A DNA stretch of 64,000 nt from an uncultured Chloroflexota bacterium (lineage in GTDB: Bacteria > Chloroflexota > Limnocylindria > Limnocylindrales > CSP1-4): assembly GCA_947085195.1 (NCBI GenBank), contig CAMTVM010000004.1, positions 1,624 to 65,623 of the forward strand, in the 5' to 3' direction. The translations under genes and the position numbers were made by a program. Positions 21,718 to 32,964 of this stretch are shown piece after piece. The notes beneath the pieces were generated by a model, which was not told the origin of the DNA, did no database searches, and saw nothing but the letters and a program-made list of their open reading frames with translations. Every line of letters begins with the position of its first letter. The first letter of the stretch is position 1.

Positions 21718-22397
21718 TGGACGCTCCGGCCGTCGGGGTACGCGGGGCGCTCGGCGCGCGGGTGGTCGAGCGCTGGCTGCGCCTGGCGGCCGCGGCGATC
21801 CACGAACAACGCGACTGGCTGACCGCGCTCGACGCGGCCATCGGGGACGGAGACCACGGGATCAACCTCGATCGCGGGTTCGCGGGCATCCTCGCCGACC
21901 TCGACGACCCCGACCGCGCCGGAGCCCGCGCATCGTCGGGGACGCTGCTCGTCGCCGCCGGGCGCCGCGTGCTCGGGCTCGTCGGCGGCGCCAGCGGCGC
22001 GCTCTACGGCCGCGCGCTCATCAGGGCCGGAGAGCGCCTCGGCGACGATGCATGGGGCGTGGAGGCCGCCGTCGCGGGGTTTGACGCGGCTCTCGACGCG
22101 GTCGTGTCGCTCGGCCACGCCACGGTTGGCGACAAGACGCTGGTCGATGCGCTCGCCCCGGCACGCGACGCGCTGCGGGTCGCGGGACCAGGGATGGACC
22201 TCCCGACCGCGCTGCGCCGGGCGGCCGACGCCGCGGAAGGCGGGGCGCTGGCGACCGTCCCCCTCGTCGCGCGGAAGGGCCGGGCGAGCTACCTCGGCGA
22301 GCGGTCTGCGGGCCACCAGGATCCCGGGGCCGCGTCGACGGCGATGCTCGTCCGGTGCCTCGCGGACGCGGCCGCGGCCGAGGTCGCCGGCCCCTGA
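21717..22397 (+). CDS. dhaL: DhaL paralog 2
   Basis: C-terminal 226 aa of track ORF 20748..22397(+). LDAAIGDGDHGINLDRGF ... [21 protein letters not shown]. Overlaps dhaM stop. Confidence 0.8.
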   Translation: MDAPAVGVRGALGARVVERWLRLAAAAIHEQRDWLTALDAAIGDGDHGINLDRGFAGILADLDDPDRAGARASSGTLLVAAGRRVLGLVGGASGALYGRALIRAGERLGDDAWGVEAAVAGFDAALDAVVSLGHATVGDKTLVDALAPARDALRVAGPGMDLPTALRRAADAAEGGALATVPLVARKGRASYLGERSAGHQDPGAASTAMLVRCLADAAAAEVAGP

Positions 22398-22705
22398 GTT
22401 CCGGGTTGCGGTGCGGTTGCGAGCCGGTTGTCGACGAGATGTACGAAGTCTTGAGATTTGTCCGGCCGGGGGGCCCGTAGCATGGCTCCAAGCCACCCAT
22501 CCGGATGGGTCGTGTTTCCCGGTGTGCCCCTGCGGAGAAAGCCCGAAGGGGGACCGGCTCCGGTCGGAAAGGAGGACGCCACCGAGCGATCTCGCACCGG
22601 TTCCCGCCTGCGCGGCGCCCGGTCGACGACCGCGAGCAGCCGGCGACGGCACCGGGTCCGTCGTGGCCCGCCAGCGGGCTATCCACCAATGAGGGAGTGC
22701 ATGGC

Positions 22706-23434
22706 ATGACGTGGGATATGAACATCTTCATCGCGGAGGTCTTCGGGACTGGGTTCCTGATCCTCCTCGGTGACGGCGTGGTCGCAGGCGTCCTGCTCGC
22801 CAAGTCCAAGGCGCAGAACGCGGGCTGGATCGTCATCACTGCCGCATGGGCGTTCGCCGTGTTCGTCGGCGTCAGCGTCGCCGGACCGATCAGCGGGGCG
22901 CACATCAACCCGGCCGTCACCATCGGCCTCGCGGTAAACGGCAGCCTCGCACTTGGGCTGGTGCCGGTGTACATCATCGGCCAGTTCGTCGGCGCGTTCA
23001 TCGGCGCCACCCTGGTCACGATCCACTACTGGGATCATTTCAAGCAGACCGAGGACCAGGGTCTCAAGCTCGCGGTGTACAGCACCGGGCCGGGCATCCG
23101 CAACATCCCGCTGAACGTCGTGTCCGAGATCATCGGCACGTTCGTGCTCGTGTTCGTCGTGATGGCGTTCGGCAACAACCAGGGCCTGGCCGGGCTCGGC
23201 CCGCTAGCTGTCGCCCTGCTCGTGTTCTCGATCGGCATGTCGCTCGGCGGGACCACCGGCTACGCGATCAACCCTGCCCGCGACCTGGGGCCGCGGATCA
23301 TCCACGCCATCCTGCCCGTCCCGGGCAAGGGCGGCTCCGACTGGGAGTACAGCTGGGTGCCGGTCGTCGGGCCGATCACCGGCGCCGTGCTCGCGGCGGT
23401 CGTCTACCTCGCCATCTGGAAGCCCCTGTTCTAG
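22706..23434 (+). CDS. glpF: aquaglyceroporin / glycerol uptake facilitator
   Basis: C-terminal part of track ORF 22505..23434(+). Two NPA boxes (HINPAVT, INPARD); GAGGGAG SD before ATG 22706. Confidence 0.85.
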   Translation: MTWDMNIFIAEVFGTGFLILLGDGVVAGVLLAKSKAQNAGWIVITAAWAFAVFVGVSVAGPISGAHINPAVTIGLAVNGSLALGLVPVYIIGQFVGAFIGATLVTIHYWDHFKQTEDQGLKLAVYSTGPGIRNIPLNVVSEIIGTFVLVFVVMAFGNNQGLAGLGPLAVALLVFSIGMSLGGTTGYAINPARDLGPRIIHAILPVPGKGGSDWEYSWVPVVGPITGAVLAAVVYLAIWKPLF

Positions 23435-23521
23435 CTCGCACGGCCACGGGGCGCGCCCGGTCACCGGGTGACGGCGCGCCCCGGACCCCGAGCCCGGCGT
23501 CCGTCGGCCACAGGAGGAACG

Positions 23522-24520
23522 ATGAAGAAGCTCATCAACGCACCCGATCACGTCGTGGACGAGGCACTCGCTGGGATGCTCGCCGCACATCCGGAGCTCA
23601 TCCGGGTCGAGGCGCCGAACATCGTTGTCCGCAGGGACGCGCCCCGGCCCGGCAAGGTCGGGGTGATCTCGGGCGGTGGCTCGGGTCACGAGCCGATGCA
23701 CGGAGGATTCGTCGGGCTGGGCATGCTCGACGCCGCCTGTCCGGGCGCGGTGTTCACCTCGCCGGTCCCCGACCAGATGCTCGCCGCCACCAAGGCTGTG
23801 GACGCCGGCGCCGGGGTCCTGCACATCGTCAAGAACTACACCGGCGACATCATGAACTTCGAGCTCGCGGCCGAGATGGCCCGGGCAGAGGGACACGAGG
23901 TCTCGGCGGTCGTCATCGCCGACGATGTCGCCGTCAAGGATTCGCTGTACACGGCCGGCCGGCGGGGCGTCGGCGGCACGGTGCTCGCGGAGAAGATCGT
24001 CGGCGCGGCTGCCGAGGCGGGTGCGGATCTCGCGACCGTCACGGCGCTCTGCCAGCGCGTCCAGGACAACGTCCGCTCGATGGGCATGGCGCTCACGAGC
24101 TGCACGGTCCCGGCCGCCGGCAAGCCGACGTTCGAGATCGGCGACGACGAGATGGAGATCGGCGTCGGCATCCACGGAGAGCCCGGGCGCACGCGCATGA
24201 AGGTCGCGAGCGCCGACGAGATCACCGGGATGCTCGCCGGGCCCATCCTCGACGACCTCCCCTACCAGCGCGGCGACCGCGTCCTCGCGTTCGTCAACGG
24301 CATGGGCGGCACGCCGCTCATCGAGCTCTACGTCGTGTTCAACAGCCTCGCGCAGATCCTCGAGGGGCGCGGGATCACGATCGCGCGCAGCCTCGTCGGC
24401 AACTGGATCACGTCGCTCGACATGGCCGGGTGCTCGATCACGCTCCTGCGGCTCGACGACGAGATGCTCCGCTACTGGGATGCTCCGGTCATGACCCCCG
24501 CCCTGCGGTGGGGAATCTGA
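23522..24520 (+). CDS. dhaK: dihydroxyacetone kinase DhaK subunit
   Basis: In track ORF 23468..24520(+). [19 protein letters not shown]...[12 protein letters not shown]...; AGGAGG SD. Confidence 0.9.
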   Translation: MKKLINAPDHVVDEALAGMLAAHPELIRVEAPNIVVRRDAPRPGKVGVISGGGSGHEPMHGGFVGLGMLDAACPGAVFTSPVPDQMLAATKAVDAGAGVLHIVKNYTGDIMNFELAAEMARAEGHEVSAVVIADDVAVKDSLYTAGRRGVGGTVLAEKIVGAAAEAGADLATVTALCQRVQDNVRSMGMALTSCTVPAAGKPTFEIGDDEMEIGVGIHGEPGRTRMKVASADEITGMLAGPILDDLPYQRGDRVLAFVNGMGGTPLIELYVVFNSLAQILEGRGITIARSLVGNWITSLDMAGCSITLLRLDDEMLRYWDAPVMTPALRWGI

Positions 24521-24569
24521 CCGTCCGCCCAACACCATCACCTCCTACTGGCCGAAAGGACACACGGGC

Positions 24570-25211
24570 ATGGCGTCACGCTTCGCCTACGCCGACGCGA
24601 TCGCCTGGATCCAGTTGCTCGCGCAGGTGCTGCGCGACGCGAAGGAGGAGCTCACGGCCCTCGACTCCGCGATCGGCGACGCCGACCACGGGATCAACAT
24701 GGACCGCGGGTTCCAGGCGGTGCTCGCCAAGCTGCCGACCTACCCCGAGGGGGATGTCGGCGCGCTGCTCAAGGGCGTCGGCATGACGCTCGTGTCCACC
24801 GTCGGCGGCGCCAGCGGCCCGCTCTACGGGACCTTCTTCCTCCAGCTCGGCGGTGCCACCGCCGGGAAGGCGGAGGCCGAGCCCGCGGAGCTGGCCGGCG
24901 CGCTGGACGCCGGCGTCGCCGGGATCCAGCGGCTGGGCAAGGCCGAACCCGGCGACAAGACCATGCTCGACGCGCTGATCCCCGCCCGCGACGCGATGCG
25001 GGCCGCCGTCGACCAGGGGGCGTCGGTCGCCGACGCCCTCGCCGCGGCCGTCGCCGCCGCGGAGCAGGGCATGCTCGCCACCATTCCGCTCGTGGCCCGC
25101 AAGGGACGCGCGAGCTATCTCGGAGAGCGCAGCGCGGGCCACCAGGACCCGGGCGCAACCTCCTCCTACCTGCTGCTCAAGGCCGCATGGGACGCCTTGT
25201 CCAGGGTGTGA
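24570..25211 (+). CDS. dhaL: DhaL paralog 3
   Basis: Track [21 protein letters not shown] ... [21 protein letters not shown]. Confidence 0.85.
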   Translation: MASRFAYADAIAWIQLLAQVLRDAKEELTALDSAIGDADHGINMDRGFQAVLAKLPTYPEGDVGALLKGVGMTLVSTVGGASGPLYGTFFLQLGGATAGKAEAEPAELAGALDAGVAGIQRLGKAEPGDKTMLDALIPARDAMRAAVDQGASVADALAAAVAAAEQGMLATIPLVARKGRASYLGERSAGHQDPGATSSYLLLKAAWDALSRV

Positions 25212-25242
25212 CCATGGCCTCGGGCGAACACGGGAGTGCAAC

Positions 25243-26739
25243 ATGACCAAGTACGTTGGCGCCCTCGACCAGGGCACGACGAGCACCCGGTTCATGGTCT
25301 TCGACCACGCCGGCGGCGTCGTCGCGATCCACCAGAAGGAGCACGAGCAGATCTACCCGAAGCCCGGCTGGGTCGAGCACGACCCGATGGAGATCTGGGC
25401 GCGCAGCCAGGAGGTCATCGCGGGCGGGCTCCAGAGGGCCGGCATCACTGGATCCGACCTCGCGGCCGTCGGCATCACCAACCAGCGCGAGACCACCGTC
25501 GTATGGGACAAGACGACGGGCAAGCCGGTCTACAACGCGATCGTGTGGCAGGACACCCGCACGGACGTCTACGTCAACGAGTTCAGCAAGGACGGCGGCC
25601 AGGACCGCTTCCGGGCGAAGGTCGGCCTCCCGCTCGCCACCTACTTCTCGGGCCCGAAGGTCAGGTGGGTCCTGGACAACGTCGAGGGTGCGCGCGCCAA
25701 GGCCGACGCCGGAGACCTCCTGTTCGGCAACATCGACACGTGGTGCATCTGGAACCTCACCGGCGGCGTCAACGGCGGCGTGCACGTCACGGACGTGACC
25801 AACGCCAGCCGCACGATGCTCATGAACCTCGCGACCCTCGACTGGGACGACGAGATCCTGGGCATCATGGGCATCCCGAAGTCGATGCTCCCGGCGATCA
25901 AGGCCTCGTCCGAGGTCTACGGGACGGGCGTCGGCGATCTCGCGGGCGTGCCGATCGCCGGCGATCTCGGCGATCAGCAGGCGGCCCTGTTCGGCCAGAC
26001 GTGCTTCTCGCCCGGAGAGGCGAAGAACACCTACGGCACCGGCAACTTCATGCTCCTCAACACGGGCACCAAGGCTGTCCAGTCCAAGAACGGCCTGCTC
26101 ACCACCCTGGGCTACCAGATCGGCGACCAGCCGGCCGTGTACGCCCTCGAGGGCTCGATCGCCATCACCGGCGCGCTCGTGCAGTGGCTCCGGGACAACC
26201 TGGGGATGATCACCTCGTCGGCCGAGGTCGAGGCGCTGGCCAAGACCGTGGACGACAACGGCGGCGTCTACTTCGTCCCGGCGTTCTCCGGCCTGTTCGC
26301 GCCGTACTGGAAGAGCGACGCCCGCGGCGTCATCGCCGGCCTGACCCGCTACGTCAACAAGGGCCACATCGCGCGTGCCGTCCTCGAGGCGACCGCGTGG
26401 CAGACCCGTGAGGTGCTCGACGCGATGAACGCCGACTCCGGCGTTGATCTCACGGCCCTCAAGGTCGACGGCGGCATGGTCTTCAACGACCTGCTGATGC
26501 AGTTTCAGGCCGACGTCCTCGGCGTCCCGGTCATCCGGCCGAAGGTCGCGGAGACCACGGCCCTGGGCGCCGCCTACGCGGCCGGCCTCGCGGTCGGCTA
26601 CTGGGCGGAGGTCGAGGACCTGCGGGCCAACTGGGCCAAGGACAAGGAGTGGCAGCCCGCCATGGACGCGGCCACCAGCGAGAAGGACTACGGCTTCTGG
26701 AAGAAGGCGGTAACCCGCACCTTCGACTGGGTCGAGTAG
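25243..26739 (+). CDS. glpK: glycerol kinase
   Basis: Track [20 protein letters not shown]...[13 protein letters not shown]... classic FGGY/GlpK. Confidence 0.9.
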   Translation: MTKYVGALDQGTTSTRFMVFDHAGGVVAIHQKEHEQIYPKPGWVEHDPMEIWARSQEVIAGGLQRAGITGSDLAAVGITNQRETTVVWDKTTGKPVYNAIVWQDTRTDVYVNEFSKDGGQDRFRAKVGLPLATYFSGPKVRWVLDNVEGARAKADAGDLLFGNIDTWCIWNLTGGVNGGVHVTDVTNASRTMLMNLATLDWDDEILGIMGIPKSMLPAIKASSEVYGTGVGDLAGVPIAGDLGDQQAALFGQTCFSPGEAKNTYGTGNFMLLNTGTKAVQSKNGLLTTLGYQIGDQPAVYALEGSIAITGALVQWLRDNLGMITSSAEVEALAKTVDDNGGVYFVPAFSGLFAPYWKSDARGVIAGLTRYVNKGHIARAVLEATAWQTREVLDAMNADSGVDLTALKVDGGMVFNDLLMQFQADVLGVPVIRPKVAETTALGAAYAAGLAVGYWAEVEDLRANWAKDKEWQPAMDAATSEKDYGFWKKAVTRTFDWVE

Positions 26740-26812
26740 TCCCCGTTCGGCGAACCCGACGGCCCCGGCCCCTACCAGGGGTCCGGGGCCGTCACCTTAG
26801 TGAGGGCACACC

Positions 26813-27220
26813 GTGAGCCCGGAACCCGTCGCATACGTCGGCCTCGTCGTCGTCTCGCACTCCGCCCGGATCGCGGAGGGCACGGTTGAGCTCGCCCGGC
26901 AGATGGCCGGGTCGGACGTCCCCATCGTGCCCGCCGGCGGCATGGCCGACGGCGCCATCGGCACCGATGCCGCGCGCATCGCGGCGGCGATCGGCGAAGC
27001 CGACCGTGGGGCCGGCGTGGTGGTCGTCGCGGACCTGGGCAGCGCCATCCTCGCGACCCGCACCGCCCTTGAGCTGCTCGGCGGCCCGGAGCACGTCCGG
27101 CTGTCCCGGGGACCGCTCGTCGAAGGTGCGATCATCGCGGCCGTACAGGCGAGCACCGGCTCGGGCCTGGACGAGGTCCTGGAGGCAGCCGAGGGTGCCG
27201 CCTTCCTGCCCAAGGGCTAG
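26813..27220 (+). CDS. dhaM: DhaM-like EIIA-family phosphotransfer protein, paralog 2
   Basis: Track ORF. VGLVVVSHSARIAEG... parallel to 21313..21717 product. Confidence 0.65.
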   Translation: MSPEPVAYVGLVVVSHSARIAEGTVELARQMAGSDVPIVPAGGMADGAIGTDAARIAAAIGEADRGAGVVVVADLGSAILATRTALELLGGPEHVRLSRGPLVEGAIIAAVQASTGSGLDEVLEAAEGAAFLPKG

Positions 27221-27299
27221 AGTTGGACCGGTCCGCCGGCGCGACGGGACCGGCGAGTGACGCAGCCCGGGGCGCACTGACCCGCGGGCACGCAGCGAG

Positions 27300-28994
27300 G
27301 TGACCATCATGGCGGTGCCGCACACCGCGGACGTGCTCGTCATCGGGGGAGGCGCAACCGGCGCCGGCGTCCTCCGGGACCTGGCCCGCCGCGGGCTGCG
27401 CGGGCTGCTCGTCGAGCGGGGGGACTTCGCGACGGGCACGACCGGGCGCTACCACGGGCTGCTCCACTCCGGCGGCCGCTACGTGGCCAAGGACCAGCTC
27501 GCCGCGCGCGAGTGCATCGACGAGAACCGGGTGCTCCGGCGGATCGCGCCCGCGAGCATCGAGGACACTGGCGGCTACTTCATCGCGACGCCCGACGACC
27601 CCGACGACTACGTCGAGGCGTTCGCCGACAACTGCAATGCCAGCGGCGTGGACTGCGACGAGGTCAAGGTCGCGGACCTCCTGGCCAGGGAGCCGGCGCT
27701 CAACCCGAAGACCCGCCGGGCATTCCGCGTACCGGACGGCTCCATCGAGCCCTGGATGCTGGTCGAGTCGATCATCGCGGACGCCCGCCGGCACGGCAGC
27801 GAGGCGCTCACCTACCACCGCGTCATCGGCATGGAGGTCCAGGCGAACCGGATCACCGAGGTGGCCCTGCGCGACGAGCGAACCGGCTCGGTCTCGCGGG
27901 TCTGGACCAGGTTCGTGATCTCCGCGGCCGGGGCCTGGGCGGGCCAGATTGCGGCCTTCGCGAACGTCAGCCTTGAGATGACGCCCGGCAAGGGGACGAT
28001 GCTGATCTACAACCACCGGATGACCGACGCGGTGATCAACCGCTGTCATCGCTCGTCCGACGGCGACATCATGGTCCCCGTCCACACCGTCGCGATCCTC
28101 GGCACCACCGACATCAAGGTCCCCGATCCGGACGACAGCGAGGTCACCCGCGCGGAGGTCGAACGCCTCGTGAGCGAGGGTGCGAAGATGTTTCCGGACC
28201 TGCCGCGGATGCGCATCCTGCGCGCCTATGCGGGCGTGCGGCCGCTCTACCAGCCCCCCGCCGATGCGATCCCAGGCGTGGGCAACCGCTCGATCTCCCG
28301 GGCACACGCGATCCTCGACCACGCCGACCAGGGCGTTGACAACTTCGTCTCGATCGTCGGTGGCAAGCTCACGACCCACCGGCTCATGGCCGAGCAGACC
28401 GTGGACGTCGCCGCGGGCAAGCTGGGCGTCACGACACCCTGCACGACGGCCGACGAGATTCTCCCCGACCAGGAGGCCGGCCACACCTACTGGTTGGGCC
28501 ACCGGCTCGCGGATCACGAGGCGGAGGGGGGCGGCGACGCGGACCTGCTGTGCGAGTGCGAGCTCGTGTCGCGGTCCATGGTGGACGCATACCTGGCCCG
28601 GCACTGGCCGTGCAGCATCGACGACGTCCGGCGCGGGACGCGCGTGGGGATGGGGCCCTGCCAGGGGGCGTTCTGCACGTTCCGGATCGCCGGCCTGGTG
28701 GCGGAGCGCCTGGACGCGCATACCGCGACCACCGGCCGGCCAGCCCCCGGGACGCACGACGCGGACGGACACGGCCCGGGGTCCGGCGCGGCGCACGCCG
28801 CCGTCGCCGACCGCGCGCTGACGGCGTTCCTGCGCGAACGGTTCAAGGGCACCCGGCCGATCGCCTACGGGCGGCAGCTCCAGGAGCTGCTGATGACGAA
28901 CGGCATCTACGTGGGCGTGCTGGGGCTCGACTCGATGGCGTCCGCTCCCGCCCCGCTCGGCGCCGGCGAGGAGGTGCTCGATGCCGCACGCTGA
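27300..28994 (+). CDS. glpA: anaerobic glycerol-3-phosphate dehydrogenase subunit A (FAD, with C-terminal BFD-like Cys domain)
   Basis: Track ORF. ADVLVIGGGATGAG, TGTTGRYHGLLHSG, C-terminal CECELV...CQGAFC. Alternative ATG start 27309. Confidence 0.85.
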   Translation: MTIMAVPHTADVLVIGGGATGAGVLRDLARRGLRGLLVERGDFATGTTGRYHGLLHSGGRYVAKDQLAARECIDENRVLRRIAPASIEDTGGYFIATPDDPDDYVEAFADNCNASGVDCDEVKVADLLAREPALNPKTRRAFRVPDGSIEPWMLVESIIADARRHGSEALTYHRVIGMEVQANRITEVALRDERTGSVSRVWTRFVISAAGAWAGQIAAFANVSLEMTPGKGTMLIYNHRMTDAVINRCHRSSDGDIMVPVHTVAILGTTDIKVPDPDDSEVTRAEVERLVSEGAKMFPDLPRMRILRAYAGVRPLYQPPADAIPGVGNRSISRAHAILDHADQGVDNFVSIVGGKLTTHRLMAEQTVDVAAGKLGVTTPCTTADEILPDQEAGHTYWLGHRLADHEAEGGGDADLLCECELVSRSMVDAYLARHWPCSIDDVRRGTRVGMGPCQGAFCTFRIAGLVAERLDAHTATTGRPAPGTHDADGHGPGSGAAHAAVADRALTAFLRERFKGTRPIAYGRQLQELLMTNGIYVGVLGLDSMASAPAPLGAGEEVLDAAR

Positions 28995-30318
28995 CATCGT
29001 CGTCATCGGCGCCGGGCTCGCCGGGCTCGTCGCGGCCACGCGCCTGGCGGAGGCCGGAGCGGTCGTCACGCTCGTTGCGAAGGGCCACGCCGGGACCCAC
29101 TGGGGCGCCGGCGGCCTGGACGTGGCGGCCCCAGCGGGCGCGGGCACGCCGGCCCAGGGCGTCCGTCACCTCGCGTCGCTGGACCACCCGTACGCCTTCC
29201 TAGCGCCGGACGCGGCGCCATCGGTGGCCTGGCTCCTCGAGCGCCTCGCGGACTCCGGGCTCCCGTACGCGGGCACGCTCGACGCGCCGATCCGGCGCGT
29301 GCCGACGGCGATCGGCGGGACGCGGCGCGTGGCCATCGTGCCCGGCGCACAGGCGCCAGCGCTCCGCCCCTGGGACCCGGGGGAGATCCTCGTCGTCGCC
29401 GGGCCGGCGGGCTTCAAGGACTTCTGGCCGGCCGCAATCGCCGACAGCCTCTCCCGAGAGGACGTGTGGCTCGGCGAGGACCGTCCGGCGCTGGTGCGGG
29501 GGGTCGCCGTCGAGCTGCCGGGCCTCGGCTCGCAGCGCAACCTCAACGCCCTCGCGCTGGCGCACCGGTTCGAGGATCCGGCTCGGCGGGCTGACGACCT
29601 CGACCGGTTCGCGCTGGCCGTGGAGCGCGCGGCGGGTGGCGGCCAGGGGCGCGTCGCGCTCCCGGCGGTGTTCGGTCTCGAGCGCCACGGGGACGTCTGG
29701 GCAGAGCTCAGGGCCCGGCTGCCGCTGGAGCCGTTCGAGGTGCCGCTCGTGCCGCCGAGCATTCCCGGGATGCGCCTGTGGCAGGCGCTTCGCCGCCGGA
29801 TCCGCGACGCGGGCGGCCGAGTGCAGGTCGGCGAGGCGGTTGCCCGGATCGAGGTCGAGCACGGCCGCGTCACCGCAGTCGAGATGGAGGCCGCGACGCG
29901 ACGCCACCGCATCCGGACCTACGCGGTCGTCCTCGCGACCGGCGGACTGGCGGGCGGCGGGCTGGTGGCGACGGCCCACGGCCTCGTGGTCGAGCCGCTC
30001 CTCGGCCTCCACGTCGAGGCGCCGGGCGTCGACGCCTGGCTCATGCGCGATGCGCTCGACCCGGCGGGCCACCCCATCGAGGCCGCCGGCATCCGGACGG
30101 ACCCGGCGCTGCGTCCCCTGGATCCCGCGACGGGGCGCGCCGCCTTCCCCAACGTGCTCGTTGCGGGCGCCATGCTCGTCGGCCAGCGCGCGCTCCGGGA
30201 GCGGTGCGGTGACGGGATCGCCGTCGCCAGCGGCTGGCGGGCGGCCAACGAGCTGGCCGCGGACGCCACGAGGATCCCGATCGACCGCGCGCTGCCCGCC
30301 GTGAGGACCGACCAGTGA
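28981..30318 (+). CDS. glpB: anaerobic glycerol-3-phosphate dehydrogenase subunit B
   Basis: Track ORF. ADIVVIGAGLAGLVAA N-terminal FAD motif; position between glpA and glpC. Confidence 0.8.
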   Translation: MPHADIVVIGAGLAGLVAATRLAEAGAVVTLVAKGHAGTHWGAGGLDVAAPAGAGTPAQGVRHLASLDHPYAFLAPDAAPSVAWLLERLADSGLPYAGTLDAPIRRVPTAIGGTRRVAIVPGAQAPALRPWDPGEILVVAGPAGFKDFWPAAIADSLSREDVWLGEDRPALVRGVAVELPGLGSQRNLNALALAHRFEDPARRADDLDRFALAVERAAGGGQGRVALPAVFGLERHGDVWAELRARLPLEPFEVPLVPPSIPGMRLWQALRRRIRDAGGRVQVGEAVARIEVEHGRVTAVEMEAATRRHRIRTYAVVLATGGLAGGGLVATAHGLVVEPLLGLHVEAPGVDAWLMRDALDPAGHPIEAAGIRTDPALRPLDPATGRAAFPNVLVAGAMLVGQRALRERCGDGIAVASGWRAANELAADATRIPIDRALPAVRTDQ

Positions 30319-31652
30319 CCATCGCCGATCTCGTCCGGGAGGCGGCCGAGGACCGGCACGTGTCGGCCTCGGCGGATGAATGCCTCAAGTGCAACGTCTG
30401 CAACACCGTCTGCCCCGTCCTGCGCGTGACGGACCTGTTCGCGGGACCGAAGTACGAGGGTCCCCAGGCCCAGCGGTTCCGTCTCGCCGGGCTGCAGCAG
30501 ATCCAGGTCCCGGAGTCGACGCACCCCAGGTCTCCCGATCACTCGGTGGACTATTGCTCCGGCTGCGGCTGGTGTACGTCCGCGTGCCCGGCCGGCGTGA
30601 AGATCGCCGAGATGAACAACCAGGCCCGTGGCCGGCTGCGCGAGGGCAAGCGCCCCAGGCTGCGCGACTGGACCCTGGGCCAGACCGACCTGACCGGGTC
30701 GATGGGCGTCCTGTTCTCCCCCCTCGCCAACTTCGCCTTTCATAACCGCGTCGTGCGCGCGGCGTTCGAGGTGGCGATCGGCGTCCACCGCAAGGCGCCC
30801 TTCCCGCAGTTCGCCAAGCGCACGTTCCAATCGACCTGGAAGAAGCGCCAGGCGAAGCGGCTCGATGGCGGCACCCTCAAGAACCGCCCGGGACCCGACA
30901 AGGCCGTCGTGTACTTCCACGGCTGCTCTGCAAACTACTACGAGCCACACGTGGCCGAGGCCGCGATCTGGGTGCTCAAGCGGAATGGCTTCGAGACGAT
31001 CGTCCCGGAGCAGGTCTGCTGCGGCCTCCCGCTGATCAGCAACGGCCTCTACGACGACGCGCGCGAGCGCGCCTGCAGGAACAACGCGGTCCTCGCGGAG
31101 TACGCGCGGGCGGGCTACAAGATCGTGGGCACGTCCACGTCCTGCACCCACACGCTCAAGGCCGAGTACGAGGAGATGCTCGACATGCGTGACGACGACA
31201 CGAAGGCCGTGTCGCACGCGACATGGGATATCTGCGAGTTCCTGCTCGACCTCCACGATGAGGGTCGCCTAGACACCGGGTTCGGCCGGCTCGACGAGGA
31301 CCTCCCCTACCACGCGCCCTGCCAGCTCCGGAGCCACGGCATCGGGCTGCCGGCGCTCGACCTGTTCGCGCTCGTCCCAGGCCTCCGGGCGCGCGACATG
31401 GACCACGACTGCTGCGGCATCGCGGGCACGTACGGGATGAAGAAGGAGAAGTACGACATCGCGATGAAGGTCGGCGCGCCACTGTTCGAGAAGGTGCGTG
31501 CGTCTGGCGCGACCAGCGCGGCCTGCGACTCCGAGACGTGCCGCTGGCAGATCGAGAAGGCGACCGGTGTGCGCACGCGTCACCCGGTGGAGATCCTGCT
31601 CGATGCGTATCGGGCGGGCGACGGCACGAGCTCCGGGCCGCCCGTGCGCTGA
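30315..31652 (+). CDS. glpC: anaerobic glycerol-3-phosphate dehydrogenase subunit C (Fe-S, CCG domains)
   Basis: Track ORF. CLKCNVCNTVCP and CSGCGWCTSACP ferredoxin motifs plus CCG-type Cys clusters. Confidence 0.85.
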   Translation: MTIADLVREAAEDRHVSASADECLKCNVCNTVCPVLRVTDLFAGPKYEGPQAQRFRLAGLQQIQVPESTHPRSPDHSVDYCSGCGWCTSACPAGVKIAEMNNQARGRLREGKRPRLRDWTLGQTDLTGSMGVLFSPLANFAFHNRVVRAAFEVAIGVHRKAPFPQFAKRTFQSTWKKRQAKRLDGGTLKNRPGPDKAVVYFHGCSANYYEPHVAEAAIWVLKRNGFETIVPEQVCCGLPLISNGLYDDARERACRNNAVLAEYARAGYKIVGTSTSCTHTLKAEYEEMLDMRDDDTKAVSHATWDICEFLLDLHDEGRLDTGFGRLDEDLPYHAPCQLRSHGIGLPALDLFALVPGLRARDMDHDCCGIAGTYGMKKEKYDIAMKVGAPLFEKVRASGATSAACDSETCRWQIEKATGVRTRHPVEILLDAYRAGDGTSSGPPVR

Positions 31653-31781
31653 GTGGCGGGCGCCGCCGCGCGCGGCGCGCACGGTCTCGAGACCAAGGTC
31701 CCGATCGGGTGCCGATCGGGATCCGACGATGGTCGGATGGACTCTGGCATCGGACGGTCAGCCCACCGATCATCGATCGGG

Positions 31782-32963
31782 ATGGGCGCCGATCGCGCAC
31801 CCCAGGTCGTGATCGTCGGCGGTGGAGGCACCGGCGGTGCCATCGCCCACGATCTCGCGCTCCGCGGGCTCCGGGTCGTGCTCGTGGAACGGCACGGGCT
31901 CACCTCGGGCACCACGGGGCGCCACCACGGCCTGCTCCACAGCGGCGCCCGGTACGCCGTCAACGACGTCGAAACCGCTGTCGAGTGCATCACCGAGAAC
32001 CGCATCCTGCGCCGGATCTGCCCGGGCTCGTTCGAGGAGAACGATGGCCTGTTCGTAGCGGTCGAGGAGGCGGACATGGCGTACCGCGAGCAGTTCCTGC
32101 CCGCGTGCGAGGCAAGCGGGATCCCCGTCCGCTGGCTCACCCGCAGCCAGGTCCTCAGGCTGGAGCCGAACCTGAACCCGGCACTCCTGGGGGCCGCGCA
32201 GGTGCCCGACGCCACGATGGACGCGATGCGGATGCCGCTCCGGTTCTTCGCGACCGCGCTCGTCAACGGAGCGGACATCCGGCCGTACACCGAGGTCGTG
32301 GGCATGACCGGCTCCGCCGGCAGCGTGACCGGCGTCCGGGTGGTGGACCGCACGACCGGCCGCCGGTACGCAATCGGCGCCGACGTCGTCGTCAACGCCG
32401 CGGGGCCGTGGGGCGAGACGATCGGCCGCATGGGCGGCGCCGACGTGCCGATCCAGCCGTCGCCGGGCGTGCTCGTCGCGCTCCGCGGCCGGCTGTGCAA
32501 CATGGTCGTCAACCGCCTCCACTCGTCCGGCGACGGCGACATCGTCGTCCCGCAGCGCGCTCTCTCGCTCGTCGGCACGAGCTCCTGGGTCGTGGAGGAT
32601 CCCGACGACCTCGCCGTGCCCGAGGACCACGTCGAGCGGATGCTCGTCGAGGGCTCGAAGCTCATCCCGGCCGTGCGCTCGGCGGAGATCCGGGCCGCCT
32701 GGTCGGCCGTCCGGCCGCTCATCGGAAAGCGCGGCGCGTCCACCGGCCGCGCGCTCAGCCGGACCTTCAAGTGCTTCGACCACGCGGCCGAGGGAATCGA
32801 GGGCTTCGTGACGATCTCCGGCGGCAAGGGCACGACCCTGCGCGGCATGGCCGAGGTCACCGCCGACGTCGTCGCCCGCAAGCTGGGCGTGGACGTCCCC
32901 TGCCGGACGCGTGAGGTCGTGCTGCTCCCGCACGACGCGTTCCACCCGGCGAAGGCGGCGTGA
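31782..32963 (+). CDS. GlpA-paralogous FAD-dependent oxidoreductase lacking the C-terminal BFD-like domain
   Basis: In track ORF 31653..32963(+). Shares VVIVGGGGTGG, TSGTTGRHHGLLHSG, NRLHSSGDGDIVVP, ISGGKGTTLRGMAE blocks with glpA above. Start ATG 31782 preferred (alt 31737). Confidence 0.7.
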   Translation: MGADRAPQVVIVGGGGTGGAIAHDLALRGLRVVLVERHGLTSGTTGRHHGLLHSGARYAVNDVETAVECITENRILRRICPGSFEENDGLFVAVEEADMAYREQFLPACEASGIPVRWLTRSQVLRLEPNLNPALLGAAQVPDATMDAMRMPLRFFATALVNGADIRPYTEVVGMTGSAGSVTGVRVVDRTTGRRYAIGADVVVNAAGPWGETIGRMGGADVPIQPSPGVLVALRGRLCNMVVNRLHSSGDGDIVVPQRALSLVGTSSWVVEDPDDLAVPEDHVERMLVEGSKLIPAVRSAEIRAAWSAVRPLIGKRGASTGRALSRTFKCFDHAAEGIEGFVTISGGKGTTLRGMAEVTADVVARKLGVDVPCRTREVVLLPHDAFHPAKAA

Positions 32964-32964
32964 C

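Noticed and set aside
19479-22652. ORFs 19479..20711(+), 19937..21241(+), 20955..22652(-) and 20748..22397 N-terminal half
   Set aside because: Antisense or out of frame relative to the HK, dhaL and dhaM genes. Only the C-terminal 226 aa of 20748..22397 is a real DhaL.
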